Under the pieces are notes generated by a model. That model did no database searches. It saw nothing but the letters and a program-made list of their open reading frames with translations, and had not been told where the DNA came from. From an uncultured bacterium (lineage in GTDB: Bacteria; Gemmatimonadota; Gemmatimonadetes; Gemmatimonadales; Gemmatimonadaceae), in assembly GCA_963978095.1 (NCBI GenBank), contig CAXBQP010000052.1:1-20461 (forward strand): 20,461 nt of DNA, given 5' to 3'. Of this stretch, positions 1 to 8,512 are shown in pieces. Each line of letters starts with the position of its first letter. The stretch's first letter is position 1. The position numbers and the translations under genes are program-made.

Positions 1-432
1 TCCACTCTTGATCTCGAACTGGCCGCGGTGGCACGGGCAGAAAAAGATCTTCTGGGCGGGGTCGTACACGTATCCGCATCCGAGGTGCGTGCAGTGCGCG
101 TTGTACGCCTTGAACTTCTCCCCATCATCCGTGTAGAGCCACACGCCGTTCATGGCGCGGCTCTCTACCCAGGCATCCTGCGTCGTGATGGTGAAGTCAC
201 GGCGGATCGGTACGCCGATATCAAGGAGCGCGACGTCGTCGGCCACCTTGATCCAGCTGTCCTTGGGAGGCTTCGCAAGTATTGGCGTCGCAAAGCTTCT
301 TGTCAGGGGAAACCCGACAAGCACGGCGCCGATTGCGGCAGAAATGCCGCTGACCATCCTAAGAAACCGGCGTCGCGCGCTCAGCGCCTCGCTTGGGGCA
401 ACGTCGGTGTCGTGGTGTGTGATGTCGCGCAA
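1..432 (-). CDS. Rieske [2Fe-2S] protein, Tat-exported, QcrA/PetA-like; 3' end truncated by window edge
   Basis: Manual translation from TTG at 432 (GGAGGAG SD just upstream): MRDITHHDTDVAPSEALSARRRFLRMVSGISAAIGAVLVGFPL...AYNAHCTHLGCGYVYDPAQKIFFCPCHRGQFEIKSG. Has twin-arginine motif plus hydrophobic helix and Rieske boxes CTHLGC and CPCH. Absent from the ORF track because no stop codon is in the window. Confidence 0.93.
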   Translation of the reverse strand, partial: MRDITHHDTDVAPSEALSARRRFLRMVSGISAAIGAVLVGFPLTRSFATPILAKPPKDSWIKVADDVALLDIGVPIRRDFTITTQDAWVESRAMNGVWLYTDDGEKFKAYNAHCTHLGCGYVYDPAQKIFFCPCHRGQFEIKSG

Positions 433-574
433 AGATCTCCTCCACAGTGGTGGTCAGGGCCGACGAACGTCCTAACAGTGAGGTATGCCCCGGGTGTTGC
501 CGCTGCTACCACGGGCGATTCGAATGCCGTCGCTCGTGGTGCCTGCACGGAACCTCGGGGCGCGCGGGCGCAAT

Positions 575-630
575 AGGGGGAATCACCTGACAAACTCGGG
601 GGGAATCCCCCATGAGGGATGCAGGGAATC
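575..630. promoter_or_regulatory. Array of three GGGAATC motifs at 23-bp period, putative transcription-factor operator array
   Basis: GGGAATC at 578-584, 601-607 and 624-630. The first two lie in imperfect palindromes (AGGGGGAATCACCTGA, GGGGGGAATCCCCCAT). Located between divergent genes. Confidence 0.5.
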
Positions 631-685
631 GTGCGGCAATCATCACGCAGTGGACGTGACGCGCGCGCGCAGTCAACTTTGAATC

Positions 686-1462
686 ATGTCCGCATCTCGC
701 CGCCCTGCCATCCGTCCCTCGATCACCGAATGGTGGACCGAGTACTTCGACGCGCGATATCTCTTGGAGTACGAGCCGCTCTTCTCGCTCGAGGACGATC
801 GCACGCAAGTCACGCGCCTGCTTGAGCTGCTGGAGCTTCCGCACGGCGCGCGCGTGTTGGATGTGCCCTGCGGGCAGGGCCGTCACGCGCACCTGTTGGC
901 CGAGGCGGGACTCCAGGTCACGGGGCTCGATTACTCAGCCACGCTCATCGCGAAGGCCAAGGGGAGAGGGGTGAGCCGGACGCTGCGCTACGTGCGTGGC
1001 GACATGCGCCAGCTCCCCACGCGGTGGACGGGAATGTTCGATGCGGTCGTCAACCTGTTCACCAGCTTCGGGTTTTTCGCCGATGCGCGTGATGATCAGC
1101 GTGTCATCGACGGCTTCGCCCGCATGCTCAAGCCTGGCGGGACGCTGATCTGGCACGGCGGTAGCCGCGACGGCGTCATGGCCAAATTCCTCGATCGGGA
1201 TTGGTGGACGACCACCGACGGGACGATGATCGGTCATGAGCGCGAGTTTGATCCCCTGACCGGGTTCATCACCGTGCGGACCACGATCAAGGGTACGCGG
1301 ACCTTCGAACGGGAGCATCGCATTCGCTTGTACACCGCCAGCCGACTCGCCGAGATGTGCCGCGCCGCGGGGCTGGTCGTGGAACAGGCGTTCGACGGGT
1401 GGACCGAGGCGCCACTCTCCCGCGAGTCGAGCGAAATGCTCCTGCTGGCCAGACGCGACTGA
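686..1462 (+). CDS. Class I SAM-dependent methyltransferase
   Basis: 258 aa; motif I VLDVPCGQGRH, GLDYS, GDMR, FDAVVNLFTSFG, LKPGG. Confidence 0.92.
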   Translation: MSASRRPAIRPSITEWWTEYFDARYLLEYEPLFSLEDDRTQVTRLLELLELPHGARVLDVPCGQGRHAHLLAEAGLQVTGLDYSATLIAKAKGRGVSRTLRYVRGDMRQLPTRWTGMFDAVVNLFTSFGFFADARDDQRVIDGFARMLKPGGTLIWHGGSRDGVMAKFLDRDWWTTTDGTMIGHEREFDPLTGFITVRTTIKGTRTFEREHRIRLYTASRLAEMCRAAGLVVEQAFDGWTEAPLSRESSEMLLLARRD

Positions 1463-1537
1463 TTGACGTCTCGCGGGCCCCACGGCGGCGGCTCCGACGA
1501 GTTGCCGCGCCTGCGACGCGCCGACTAACTTTCGAGC

Positions 1538-1948
1538 ATGTCCCGACCCATTCGTGTCCTTGTCGCCAAACCCGGTCTCGATGGTCATGACCGCGGGGCG
1601 AAAGTCGTCGCCGCCGCCCTGCGCGATGCCGGCATGGAAGTGATCTACACTGGTCTGCACCAGACTCCGGAGATGATTGCCAGCGCCGCGGTCCAAGAGG
1701 ATGTGGACGTGGTGGGGCTCTCGATCCTCTCCGGTGCCCACATGACGCTGTTCCCACGCGTCAAGACGTTGCTTGCCGAACAGGGGCGCGACGACATCCT
1801 GCTGACGGGGGGCGGGATCATCCCCAAGGAGGACATGGAAGCGCTCAAAGCCCAGGGAGCGGGGGAGCTCTTCGGTCCCGGAACCTCGACGCAGGATCTG
1901 ATCGACTACATCCGTCGCTGGTTCGAGCAGCGACCGCAGGACGTGTGA
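1538..1948 (+). CDS. Stand-alone cobalamin-binding subunit of an acyl-CoA mutase (methylmalonyl-/isobutyryl-CoA mutase small-subunit type)
   Basis: 136 aa; [13 protein letters not shown] (DxHxxG base-off/His-on motif), [19 protein letters not shown]. Confidence 0.95.
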   Translation: MSRPIRVLVAKPGLDGHDRGAKVVAAALRDAGMEVIYTGLHQTPEMIASAAVQEDVDVVGLSILSGAHMTLFPRVKTLLAEQGRDDILLTGGGIIPKEDMEALKAQGAGELFGPGTSTQDLIDYIRRWFEQRPQDV

Positions 1949-3555
1949 GCGCCCGACTGCGCGAGTTGAGCGCTGCCGCGCGGGCGCTCGAAGCAACGCT
2001 CCGTGAAGGCGGCGGGGCCGAGAAGGCGTCCAAGCAGCACAAACAGGGGAAGCTCACGGCGCGCGAGCGCGTCTCGCAGCTCGTCGATGCGGAGTCGCAC
2101 TTCCTCGAGATCGGCCTACTGGTCGCGTACGACAAGTATGACGGGCAAGCCCCTGGCGCGGGGGTGATCACCGGCATCGGATCGGTCAACGGCCGCGAGT
2201 GCGTGATCATCGCCAACGATGCCACCGTGAAGGCCGGCTCGTGGTGGCCCGAAACGATCACCAAGATGCTGCGGGCTCAGGAGCTCGCGATGCGCTGCCG
2301 CATCCCGATTCTCTACCTGGTGGACAGCGCCGGGGTGAACCTCCCGTACCAAGGGGGCGTCTTCCCGGGGCAGTATGGCGCGGCGCGAATCTTCTACTAC
2401 AACTCCCTCATGCGCCGATATCTGCATATCCCGCAGATCGCCGCGGTCATGGGGCAGTGCGTGGCGGGCGGGGCGTACCTCCCCGCGCTCTCTGACGTCA
2501 TCTTGATGGTGAAAGGCACTTCCTTCATGGGACTCGGGGGCCCCAACCTCGTGAAGGGGGCAACCGGCCAAACGATCGACGGCGAGACCTTGGGCGGCGC
2601 CAACACGCACACGGAGATCAGTGGCGTCGCGCACTACGCCGTGGCGACCGACGCCGAGTGCTTGCGCAAGATCCGGGATCTGGTTTCACGATTGCCGCAG
2701 CCCGTCAAGCCGCCCGAACTGAGCCGTGCCGAGCCGGGCGCGGCCGCCGAGACGTTGTATGATGTGTTGCCCACCGATCATCGGATGTCGTACGACATGC
2801 ACCATGTGTTGCATGCCGTGCTCGACGACGGGTCCTTGGATGAATTCCAGCCGAACCTGGCCAAGGAACTCATCTGCGGCGACGCACGCATCGCGGGGAT
2901 GCCGGTGGGCGTCATCGCAAACCAGCGCGGGCTCATCAAGCCTCGCGAGGGAGAGCGCCCGCGATTCGGTGGGATCATCTATACCGAAAGCGCCGAGAAG
3001 GCCGCGTTCTTCATCGACAAGTGTTCGCGTCAGGGGATCCCGATCCTCTTCGTGCAGGACGTCTCGGGGTTCATGGTGGGCCCCGACGCCGAGCATTCGG
3101 GGATCATTCGTGCGGGGGCGCGCTTTGTTGAAGCGATGGCCACCGCGGTCGTGCCGAAAATCGTGCTGACGGTGAACCACGCCTCGGGCGCCGGCTATTA
3201 TGCGATGGCCGGTCAGGGGTTTGACCCGGACTTCATCTTCTCGTGGCCCACAGGGCGCATGGCGGTGATGGAAGGTGAGGCCGCGGTCAGCGCGGTGCAC
3301 GGACCCACGATTGACGCCGCCAAGAAGGCGGGGAAGGCACTCCCTCCCGAGGTCGCCGCGTCGGTGGCCGAGATGCGTGAGGACTACGAGCACCAGTTGG
3401 ACGCCCGGTACGCCGGCGCGCGCGGCTTCATCGACGCGCTCGTCTACCCCGAGGATACACGGACGGTGCTCACCATCGCCCTCCGCAGCGCCCTGCAGAA
3501 TCCCGGCCCGCACCTCGGGCCTTTCGTGCTTCCCGCACGTCCGGAGATCGCGTGA
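1945..3555 (+). CDS. Acyl-CoA carboxylase carboxyltransferase (beta) subunit, methylcrotonyl-/geranyl-CoA carboxylase-like
   Basis: 536 aa; [62 protein letters not shown] overlap with the upstream stop. Confidence 0.93.
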   Translation: MSARLRELSAAARALEATLREGGGAEKASKQHKQGKLTARERVSQLVDAESHFLEIGLLVAYDKYDGQAPGAGVITGIGSVNGRECVIIANDATVKAGSWWPETITKMLRAQELAMRCRIPILYLVDSAGVNLPYQGGVFPGQYGAARIFYYNSLMRRYLHIPQIAAVMGQCVAGGAYLPALSDVILMVKGTSFMGLGGPNLVKGATGQTIDGETLGGANTHTEISGVAHYAVATDAECLRKIRDLVSRLPQPVKPPELSRAEPGAAAETLYDVLPTDHRMSYDMHHVLHAVLDDGSLDEFQPNLAKELICGDARIAGMPVGVIANQRGLIKPREGERPRFGGIIYTESAEKAAFFIDKCSRQGIPILFVQDVSGFMVGPDAEHSGIIRAGARFVEAMATAVVPKIVLTVNHASGAGYYAMAGQGFDPDFIFSWPTGRMAVMEGEAAVSAVHGPTIDAAKKAGKALPPEVAASVAEMREDYEHQLDARYAGARGFIDALVYPEDTRTVLTIALRSALQNPGPHLGPFVLPARPEIA

Positions 3556-4928
3556 TGAGTGGCAAGAAGGTCGTTCGTGTCGCCGGAGGCCAAGGCTTCT
3601 GGGGTGACTGGCTCGAAGCCCCGCGTCGGCAGGTCGAGGGTGGTCCGGTCGACTACCTCATGCTCGACTATCTGGCCGAAGTCACGATGTCCATTCTGCA
3701 GAAGCAGAAGGAGCGCGACCCGAACATGGGCTACGCGCGTGATTTCGTCGGGGCCATGGAGTCGGTGCTCGACGCCGTGGCGAACCGCGGCGTGAAGGTC
3801 ATCGCGAACGCCGGTGGTGTGAATCCCGAGGCGTGCGCCGCTGCCGTTCAGGCCATGGCTGCCAAGAACGGGGCAGCCGGCAAGCTCAAGATCGGCGTCA
3901 TCACGGGCGACAACCTCCTCCCGCGCATCGACGAGCTCCTCGAGAACGGCCACGAACTGCGCAACATGGACACCGGCGAGCCGCTTTCGGTGGTGCGTGA
4001 CCGCGTGATCGCGGCCAATGCGTACATCGGGAGCACCCCGATCGTCGAGGCGCTCGCCAAGGGGGCGAACGTCGTGATCATCGGACGCTCCACCGACACG
4101 GCGCTTACGATGGCGCCGCTGCGTCACGAGTTCGGCTGGGCCGCCGACGACTGGGACAAGCTCGCGGCGGGGATCATCGCGGGGCATATCATCGAATGCG
4201 GGGCGCAGTGCTCGGGAGGCAACTGCCTCCACGATTGGCGCAACATCACGAACCTCGCCGATATCGGCTATCCGATCGTCGAGTGCTCCCCCGACGGGAC
4301 GTTCGTCGTCACGAAGCATGCGAACACCGGCGGGCGCGTCTCCGTCCCGACCGTCACCGAACAGCTCGTGTACGAGATGGGTGACCCGAACAGTTACATC
4401 ACGCCGGACGTGGTCGCCGACTTCACGAGCATCCAACTCGTTGCCGACGGCACCGATCGCGTGAAGGTGCACGGCATCACGGGACGCGAGGCCACCGACA
4501 AACTCAAGGTCTCCATCGCGTATCGCAGCGGCTACAAGGCGGTCGGTTCGCTCGTCTACGCCTGGCCAGAGGCGCTCGAGAAGGCGCAGGTCGCCGACCG
4601 CGTGCTCCGCGAACGGCTCGACCGGCTCGGCCTCAGGTTCGAGCAGGTGCTGAGCGAGTTCGTCGGCGCGAGTGCCACGCACGGCCCGCTCGCTGGTCCC
4701 GACGCGGGGCGCAACGCCCCCGAGGTGCAATACCGCATCGGGGTGCGTGACGCCGATAAGGCCAAGGTCGAGCGCTTCACGCGCGAGATCGTCCCGCTCG
4801 TGCTCAACGGCCCGCCGAGCGTGACGGGCTTCGCGGCCGGGCGCCCGAAGACGGAGGAGATCGTCGCCTACTGGCCGGCGCTGGTTGACAAGACCGTCGT
4901 CACCACCCACGTGGAGGTGCGCTCGTGA
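3552..4928 (+). CDS. Acyclic terpene utilisation AtuA family protein (DUF1446), N-terminal part
   Basis: 458 aa; [61 protein letters not shown]. Start is GTG 3552 or ATG 3555, overlapping the upstream stop. Confidence 0.92.
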   Translation: MMSGKKVVRVAGGQGFWGDWLEAPRRQVEGGPVDYLMLDYLAEVTMSILQKQKERDPNMGYARDFVGAMESVLDAVANRGVKVIANAGGVNPEACAAAVQAMAAKNGAAGKLKIGVITGDNLLPRIDELLENGHELRNMDTGEPLSVVRDRVIAANAYIGSTPIVEALAKGANVVIIGRSTDTALTMAPLRHEFGWAADDWDKLAAGIIAGHIIECGAQCSGGNCLHDWRNITNLADIGYPIVECSPDGTFVVTKHANTGGRVSVPTVTEQLVYEMGDPNSYITPDVVADFTSIQLVADGTDRVKVHGITGREATDKLKVSIAYRSGYKAVGSLVYAWPEALEKAQVADRVLRERLDRLGLRFEQVLSEFVGASATHGPLAGPDAGRNAPEVQYRIGVRDADKAKVERFTREIVPLVLNGPPSVTGFAAGRPKTEEIVAYWPALVDKTVVTTHVEVRS

Positions 4929-5287
4929 AGGTCCGACTCCTCGACATCGCGCACGCCCGCTCCGGCGACAAGGGCGACACGGCGAACGTAGGACTGATCG
5001 CCCTGAAGCCGGAGTGGTACGACGTGCTCGTGGCGCACGTGACGGAGGCCGCCGCGGCCGCGCACTTTCGCGGCGTGATCACCGGTGGTGTGCAGCGCTA
5101 CGAACTCCCGAACCTCCGCGCGCTGAACTTCCTCCTCCACGGCGCCCTCGACGGCGGCGGCACGCTCTCGCTCAAGACCGACGCGCAAGGGAAGGTGTTC
5201 TCGACGGCGATGCTTCGCATGGTCATCGACGTTCCCGATGCCCAGGCGGCCGCGCTCAAGCTCCCGGCCTGGAACGGAGTCGCCTGA
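4925..5287 (+). CDS. AtuA C-terminal-like small protein (split AtuA partner)
   Basis: 120 aa; [42 protein letters not shown] match the AtuA C-terminal domain. GTGA overlap. Confidence 0.9.
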   Translation: MKVRLLDIAHARSGDKGDTANVGLIALKPEWYDVLVAHVTEAAAAAHFRGVITGGVQRYELPNLRALNFLLHGALDGGGTLSLKTDAQGKVFSTAMLRMVIDVPDAQAAALKLPAWNGVA

Positions 5288-6360
5288 TGTCGGGTCACGA
5301 TCCGTTGCTGGTGTACGGTGCCAACGGCTACACCGGCCGACTGATCGTGAAGGAGGCGGTGCGGCTCGGCTTGCGTCCCGTGCTCTCGGGGCGCAACGCC
5401 GGTGAGGTGAATGCACTCGCGGCCGAACACGGCCTCGAGGCACGCCCCTGCGGACTCGACGATCCCGGCGCGCTCGACGCGGCCCTCGCGGGGTGCACGG
5501 TCGTGCTGCACTGCGCGGGACCGTTCTCCTCTACCGCGCGCGCGATGGCCGATGCGTGCCTCCGTAACCGCGCACACTACCTCGACATCACGGGGGAGAT
5601 CTCCGTCTTCGAGGGGATGGCGGCACGTGGCAAGGAAGCCGAGGCCGCCGGCGTGATGCTCATGCCGGGCGTCGGGTTCGATGTGGTGCCAAGCGATTGC
5701 TTGGCCGCGCATCTCAAGCGGCGCCTGCCGAGCGCCACCTGGCTCACCCTCGCCTTCAACGGCGGTGTCGGGCTCTCACGGGGCACCGCGACGACGATGG
5801 TCCAGAACATCGGGCAGGGGGGAGCGGTGCGCCGTAATGGCAAGATCACCCGCGTCCCCGCGGCTTGGCGTTCACGGGAGATCGCCTTCGGCGACAAGCC
5901 GCGCCTCTCCGTGACGATTCCCTGGGGCGACGTGTCCACCGCTTGGCATAGCACGCGTATCCCGAACATCGAAGTCTACACCGCGACCTCCAAGGGAACG
6001 ATCCGCGGGATGATCCTCTCGCGGTACATCGGGTGGCTGCTCGAGACCGCACCGGTGCAGCGCTTCCTGCTCGGGCGAATCCGCGCCGGCAAGCCGGGGC
6101 CGAGCGATGGGCAGCGCGAACGCGCGCAGGCCCATCTGTGGGGCGAGGCGTGGGATGCCGAGGGCAACCGGGTGGCGGCACGCCTTCGGACCCCGGACGG
6201 GTACACCCTGACCGCCATCACGGCGGTTGCCGCGGCCCGCAAGGTGCTCGCCGGTGCCGCGCAGCCGGGATTCCGGACGCCATCCCTCGCGTTCGGCGCG
6301 GATTTCATCCTGGAGGTTGCGGGGGCCGAGCGTCACGATCTGCCGGCATCGGGCTCGTGA
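5287..6360 (+). CDS. Saccharopine dehydrogenase-like NAD(P)-binding oxidoreductase
   Basis: True start is ATG 5287 (TGATG overlap) within ORF 4885..6360; 357 aa; LVYGANGYTG Rossmann motif, HCAGPF, HYLDITGE, GVGFDVVPSD, PWGDV, GFRTPS. Confidence 0.9.
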   Translation: MSGHDPLLVYGANGYTGRLIVKEAVRLGLRPVLSGRNAGEVNALAAEHGLEARPCGLDDPGALDAALAGCTVVLHCAGPFSSTARAMADACLRNRAHYLDITGEISVFEGMAARGKEAEAAGVMLMPGVGFDVVPSDCLAAHLKRRLPSATWLTLAFNGGVGLSRGTATTMVQNIGQGGAVRRNGKITRVPAAWRSREIAFGDKPRLSVTIPWGDVSTAWHSTRIPNIEVYTATSKGTIRGMILSRYIGWLLETAPVQRFLLGRIRAGKPGPSDGQRERAQAHLWGEAWDAEGNRVAARLRTPDGYTLTAITAVAAARKVLAGAAQPGFRTPSLAFGADFILEVAGAERHDLPASGS

Positions 6361-6551
6361 GACCGGTGGTCGTCGCCAAATATGTCACCGCGTTGGCCGG
6401 GCTCCTGGTCTTCGGGGCAGGGATGCGCACCGGCAGCGAGGCCCTCCGCTGGACCGGTATCGGCATCGTCGCGGCCGCCTGGTTGCTCCGGTTCCTCAAG
6501 GAGCCGTCGACTCACGATTCCGGGTCAGAGCGGTCCTCGACCCCGGACTGA
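6357..6551 (+). CDS. Small two-helix membrane protein, hypothetical (64 aa)
   Basis: GTG 6357 overlaps the upstream TGA (GTGA). MRPVVVAKYVTALAGLLVFGAGMRTGSEALRWTGIGIVAAAWLLRFLKE... has two hydrophobic segments. Confidence 0.7.
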   Translation: MRPVVVAKYVTALAGLLVFGAGMRTGSEALRWTGIGIVAAAWLLRFLKEPSTHDSGSERSSTPD

Positions 6552-6598
6552 CACCGTCGACTCCGCGGGCGCGGTGCGTCAGGGCCTCGGGTCGCGAC

Positions 6599-7438
6599 TC
6601 AGCGCAACCACATGATCAGCGCGCCGCAGGTGTTGCGGCTTCCGTTGTACTCGGTCGGAATCGACGCGGCGCCATTGTAAAACTCGATCCCCGCGATCGT
6701 CGCGACGTTGATGGTGCTCAGGTCGAACAATTGTTCGCCTGGCAGGCCCTGGAACACCGGAGAACCGTTGATGTACACGGCGGCCCAGCACTGCTTGGTC
6801 GGTGCTCCCTTGGCTTTGTCGAACTGCTCCAACTGGTAGGTGTTCCCCGCGTTCTGTTGTCCTCGTCCCCCCGCGACCCACGCCGACGAGCTCACGTTGG
6901 AGCGGAAGAGCGTCGGTCCGGGCAGGAGTTGGAGCACTTCCACCAGCTGCCGATTCGAGTTCTTCTCAAGATCTTCGGGTCCGAGAAACCGGCCGAATCC
7001 GTTCGACCGATGCCGCTCGAACTCGGCGAGGCCGGGGAATGGCTTCGCAGTCTGTACCGTGACCGCTTTCAGCGTGGTCACGGGCTTCACCATCAAGAAG
7101 TCGGTGTCCACGGTATCACCGGCACGGAAATCAAAGACGGCGGTCACAGGACTGAAGCCGATCCGCTTCACCGCGATCAGTTGTCGACCCGGGGTCACGC
7201 CGGTGATGCGGAATCTCCCAGCAGAATCCGTGAGCGCGGTGAGGCGCAACTGCGGAATCGTGACCTCGGCGCCGCGAATGGGATTTTCGCTGGAGTCGGT
7301 GAGGACCTGTCCCTTGATGGCTGAGAATCGCTGGGCGGACAACAGGCTCGGCATCGACAACAGGAGCACGGCGATGAGCACGGCGACCGGCATCAGCGGT
7401 CGTGCACCGCGTGGTCGGGAGGAGTGACGAAGCATCAT
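6599..7438 (-). CDS. Secreted protein with carboxypeptidase-regulatory-like domain plus TonB-dependent-receptor plug-like domain, no beta-barrel
   Basis: 279 aa; signal peptide (..SLLSA|Q); IKGQV..PIRGAEVTI..TDSAGRFRITGVTPG..VKRIGF; plug-like LVEVLQLLPG, VYINGSP, IAGIEFYNG..IPTEY, CGALIMW. TAGAAT lies 6 nt upstream of ATG 7438. Confidence 0.8.
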   Translation of the reverse strand: MMLRHSSRPRGARPLMPVAVLIAVLLLSMPSLLSAQRFSAIKGQVLTDSSENPIRGAEVTIPQLRLTALTDSAGRFRITGVTPGRQLIAVKRIGFSPVTAVFDFRAGDTVDTDFLMVKPVTTLKAVTVQTAKPFPGLAEFERHRSNGFGRFLGPEDLEKNSNRQLVEVLQLLPGPTLFRSNVSSSAWVAGGRGQQNAGNTYQLEQFDKAKGAPTKQCWAAVYINGSPVFQGLPGEQLFDLSTINVATIAGIEFYNGAASIPTEYNGSRNTCGALIMWLR

Positions 7439-7503
7439 ATGGGAATTCTACCCCCGAACGCACCCTGGGGTGCAGACCCCCGGCTCGGCAGCGATCCGGG
7501 CGC

Positions 7504-7815
7504 TCATCGGCCCGAGCCGATCACATAGCCATTCCGGATGTCCAGTGCACCCTGCCGGACCCCCAGTCCGGCACCGATGGCGGCGATCACGCCCGTGCCA
7601 GCGCCCACGATCGCACCGACCACGGGAATCAGGTGGAGCAGGTTGAACATCGGGATGGCCAACACGGCCATCCCAAGCGCCGCCACGATCGGGGCTGAAG
7701 GTCGCAGTGCTGCGTCGACGTAACGCAATCGCACGCGCACGAATCGCCGGGCGGTCCCGAAGGTGAACCAGGACACCCCAACTGAGACACACAGAGTCAG
7801 CAACGAGAAGAACAT
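7504..7815 (-). CDS. Small integral membrane protein with glycine-zipper-like segment, hypothetical (103 aa)
   Basis: ATG 7815 with GGAGG SD; about three hydrophobic segments; VGAIVGAGTGVIAAIGAGLG. Confidence 0.8.
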   Translation of the reverse strand: MFFSLLTLCVSVGVSWFTFGTARRFVRVRLRYVDAALRPSAPIVAALGMAVLAIPMFNLLHLIPVVGAIVGAGTGVIAAIGAGLGVRQGALDIRNGYVIGSGR

Positions 7816-7834
7816 GGACGCCTCCGGTTGGCTG

Positions 7835-7864
7835 TCCGTACGTTGCCTGGCGCCCGGGGGTTTC
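7835..7864 (-). promoter_or_regulatory. ECF sigma (SigW-like) promoter GAAAC-N17-CGTACGGA
   Basis: Minus strand GAAAC (7864-7860), 17 nt, CGTACGGA (7842-7835), then SD and ATG 7815. Confidence 0.65.
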
Positions 7865-7934
7865 TGCAACCCCTCGCCGTGATCCGTCGCACGTGTAAAG
7901 TTTGACTGGGATTCATCACTGACCGAGGACGATC

Positions 7935-8474
7935 ATGCATCCGCGTTTGCAAGAGATTTTCGACTACAACGCCGCCATTCGCACGCAACTCGCGGCCGTC
8001 ATCGCCGCCCACCCGAAATCGGACTTCGATCGGCGTGAGACGTCGGACGGGTGGAATGGCCATCAGATCATCCACCACTTGGCCCAAGTGGAAGGGGGCG
8101 TCACGCGTGCCCTCGAAAAGATCGGTAGCACCATGCTCGCCGAGGGCACGCTGCCGATGGAAACCGGGACGACGTCGGTGGTGGAAGCCCTCAAGCGCTA
8201 CAACGTGACCGACCGCAAGGCCAATCCGATCCAGGCGCCCGAACGCGTCGTGCCGCCGGAGGACGCGGACCTGGATGTCGCGTGGCCGCTGCTGCAGGCC
8301 GCACGGGCCAGCGCGATTGCCTTCATGGACGCGTTCGACGGTCGCGACCTGACGCTGATCACCCGGCCGCATCCCGTGTTCGGCCCGCTGAACGCGTACG
8401 AATGGTTGGCGCTGTTCGGCGCCCACGAGGCGCGTCATCTCGACCAGCTCAAGGCAGCGCTCGCGACGGTCTGA
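7935..8474 (+). CDS. DinB/YfiT superfamily protein
   Basis: 179 aa; W-x3-QIIHHLAQVE, HPVFGPLNAYEW, HEARHLDQ (His metal triad). GAGGA SD. Confidence 0.88.
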   Translation: MHPRLQEIFDYNAAIRTQLAAVIAAHPKSDFDRRETSDGWNGHQIIHHLAQVEGGVTRALEKIGSTMLAEGTLPMETGTTSVVEALKRYNVTDRKANPIQAPERVVPPEDADLDVAWPLLQAARASAIAFMDAFDGRDLTLITRPHPVFGPLNAYEWLALFGAHEARHLDQLKAALATV

Positions 8475-8512
8475 GGGCAAGAAGCGATGGGGCGTCCGAT
8501 TATATTTGTCGA

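Noticed and set aside
28..576. Plus-strand 182-aa and 107-aa ORFs at the window start
   Set aside because: Antisense shadows of the minus-strand Rieske gene, which carries clear family motifs.
575..630. 23-bp periodic repeat as a mini-CRISPR or tandem repeat
   Set aside because: Only a 7-bp core is shared, the period is far too short for repeat plus spacer, and no cas genes are present.
657..675. TGAC-(GC)5-A-GTCA inverted repeat and alternating CG run (operator or Z-DNA)
   Set aside because: Short, single occurrence, and expected by chance at this GC content.
4885..5286. 134-aa N-terminal extension of the saccharopine-dehydrogenase-like ORF
   Set aside because: Overlaps the AtuA small gene in another frame; the Rossmann motif begins right after ATG 5287, which overlaps the upstream stop.
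6548..6598. Possible bidirectional terminator between convergent genes
   Set aside because: Only an imperfect GC-rich stem with no U-tract on either strand.
8282..8512. 77-aa N-terminal extension of the U32 ORF
   Set aside because: Overlaps the DinB gene; the family N-terminus (PELLAPAG) and a -10 hexamer point to ATG 8513.
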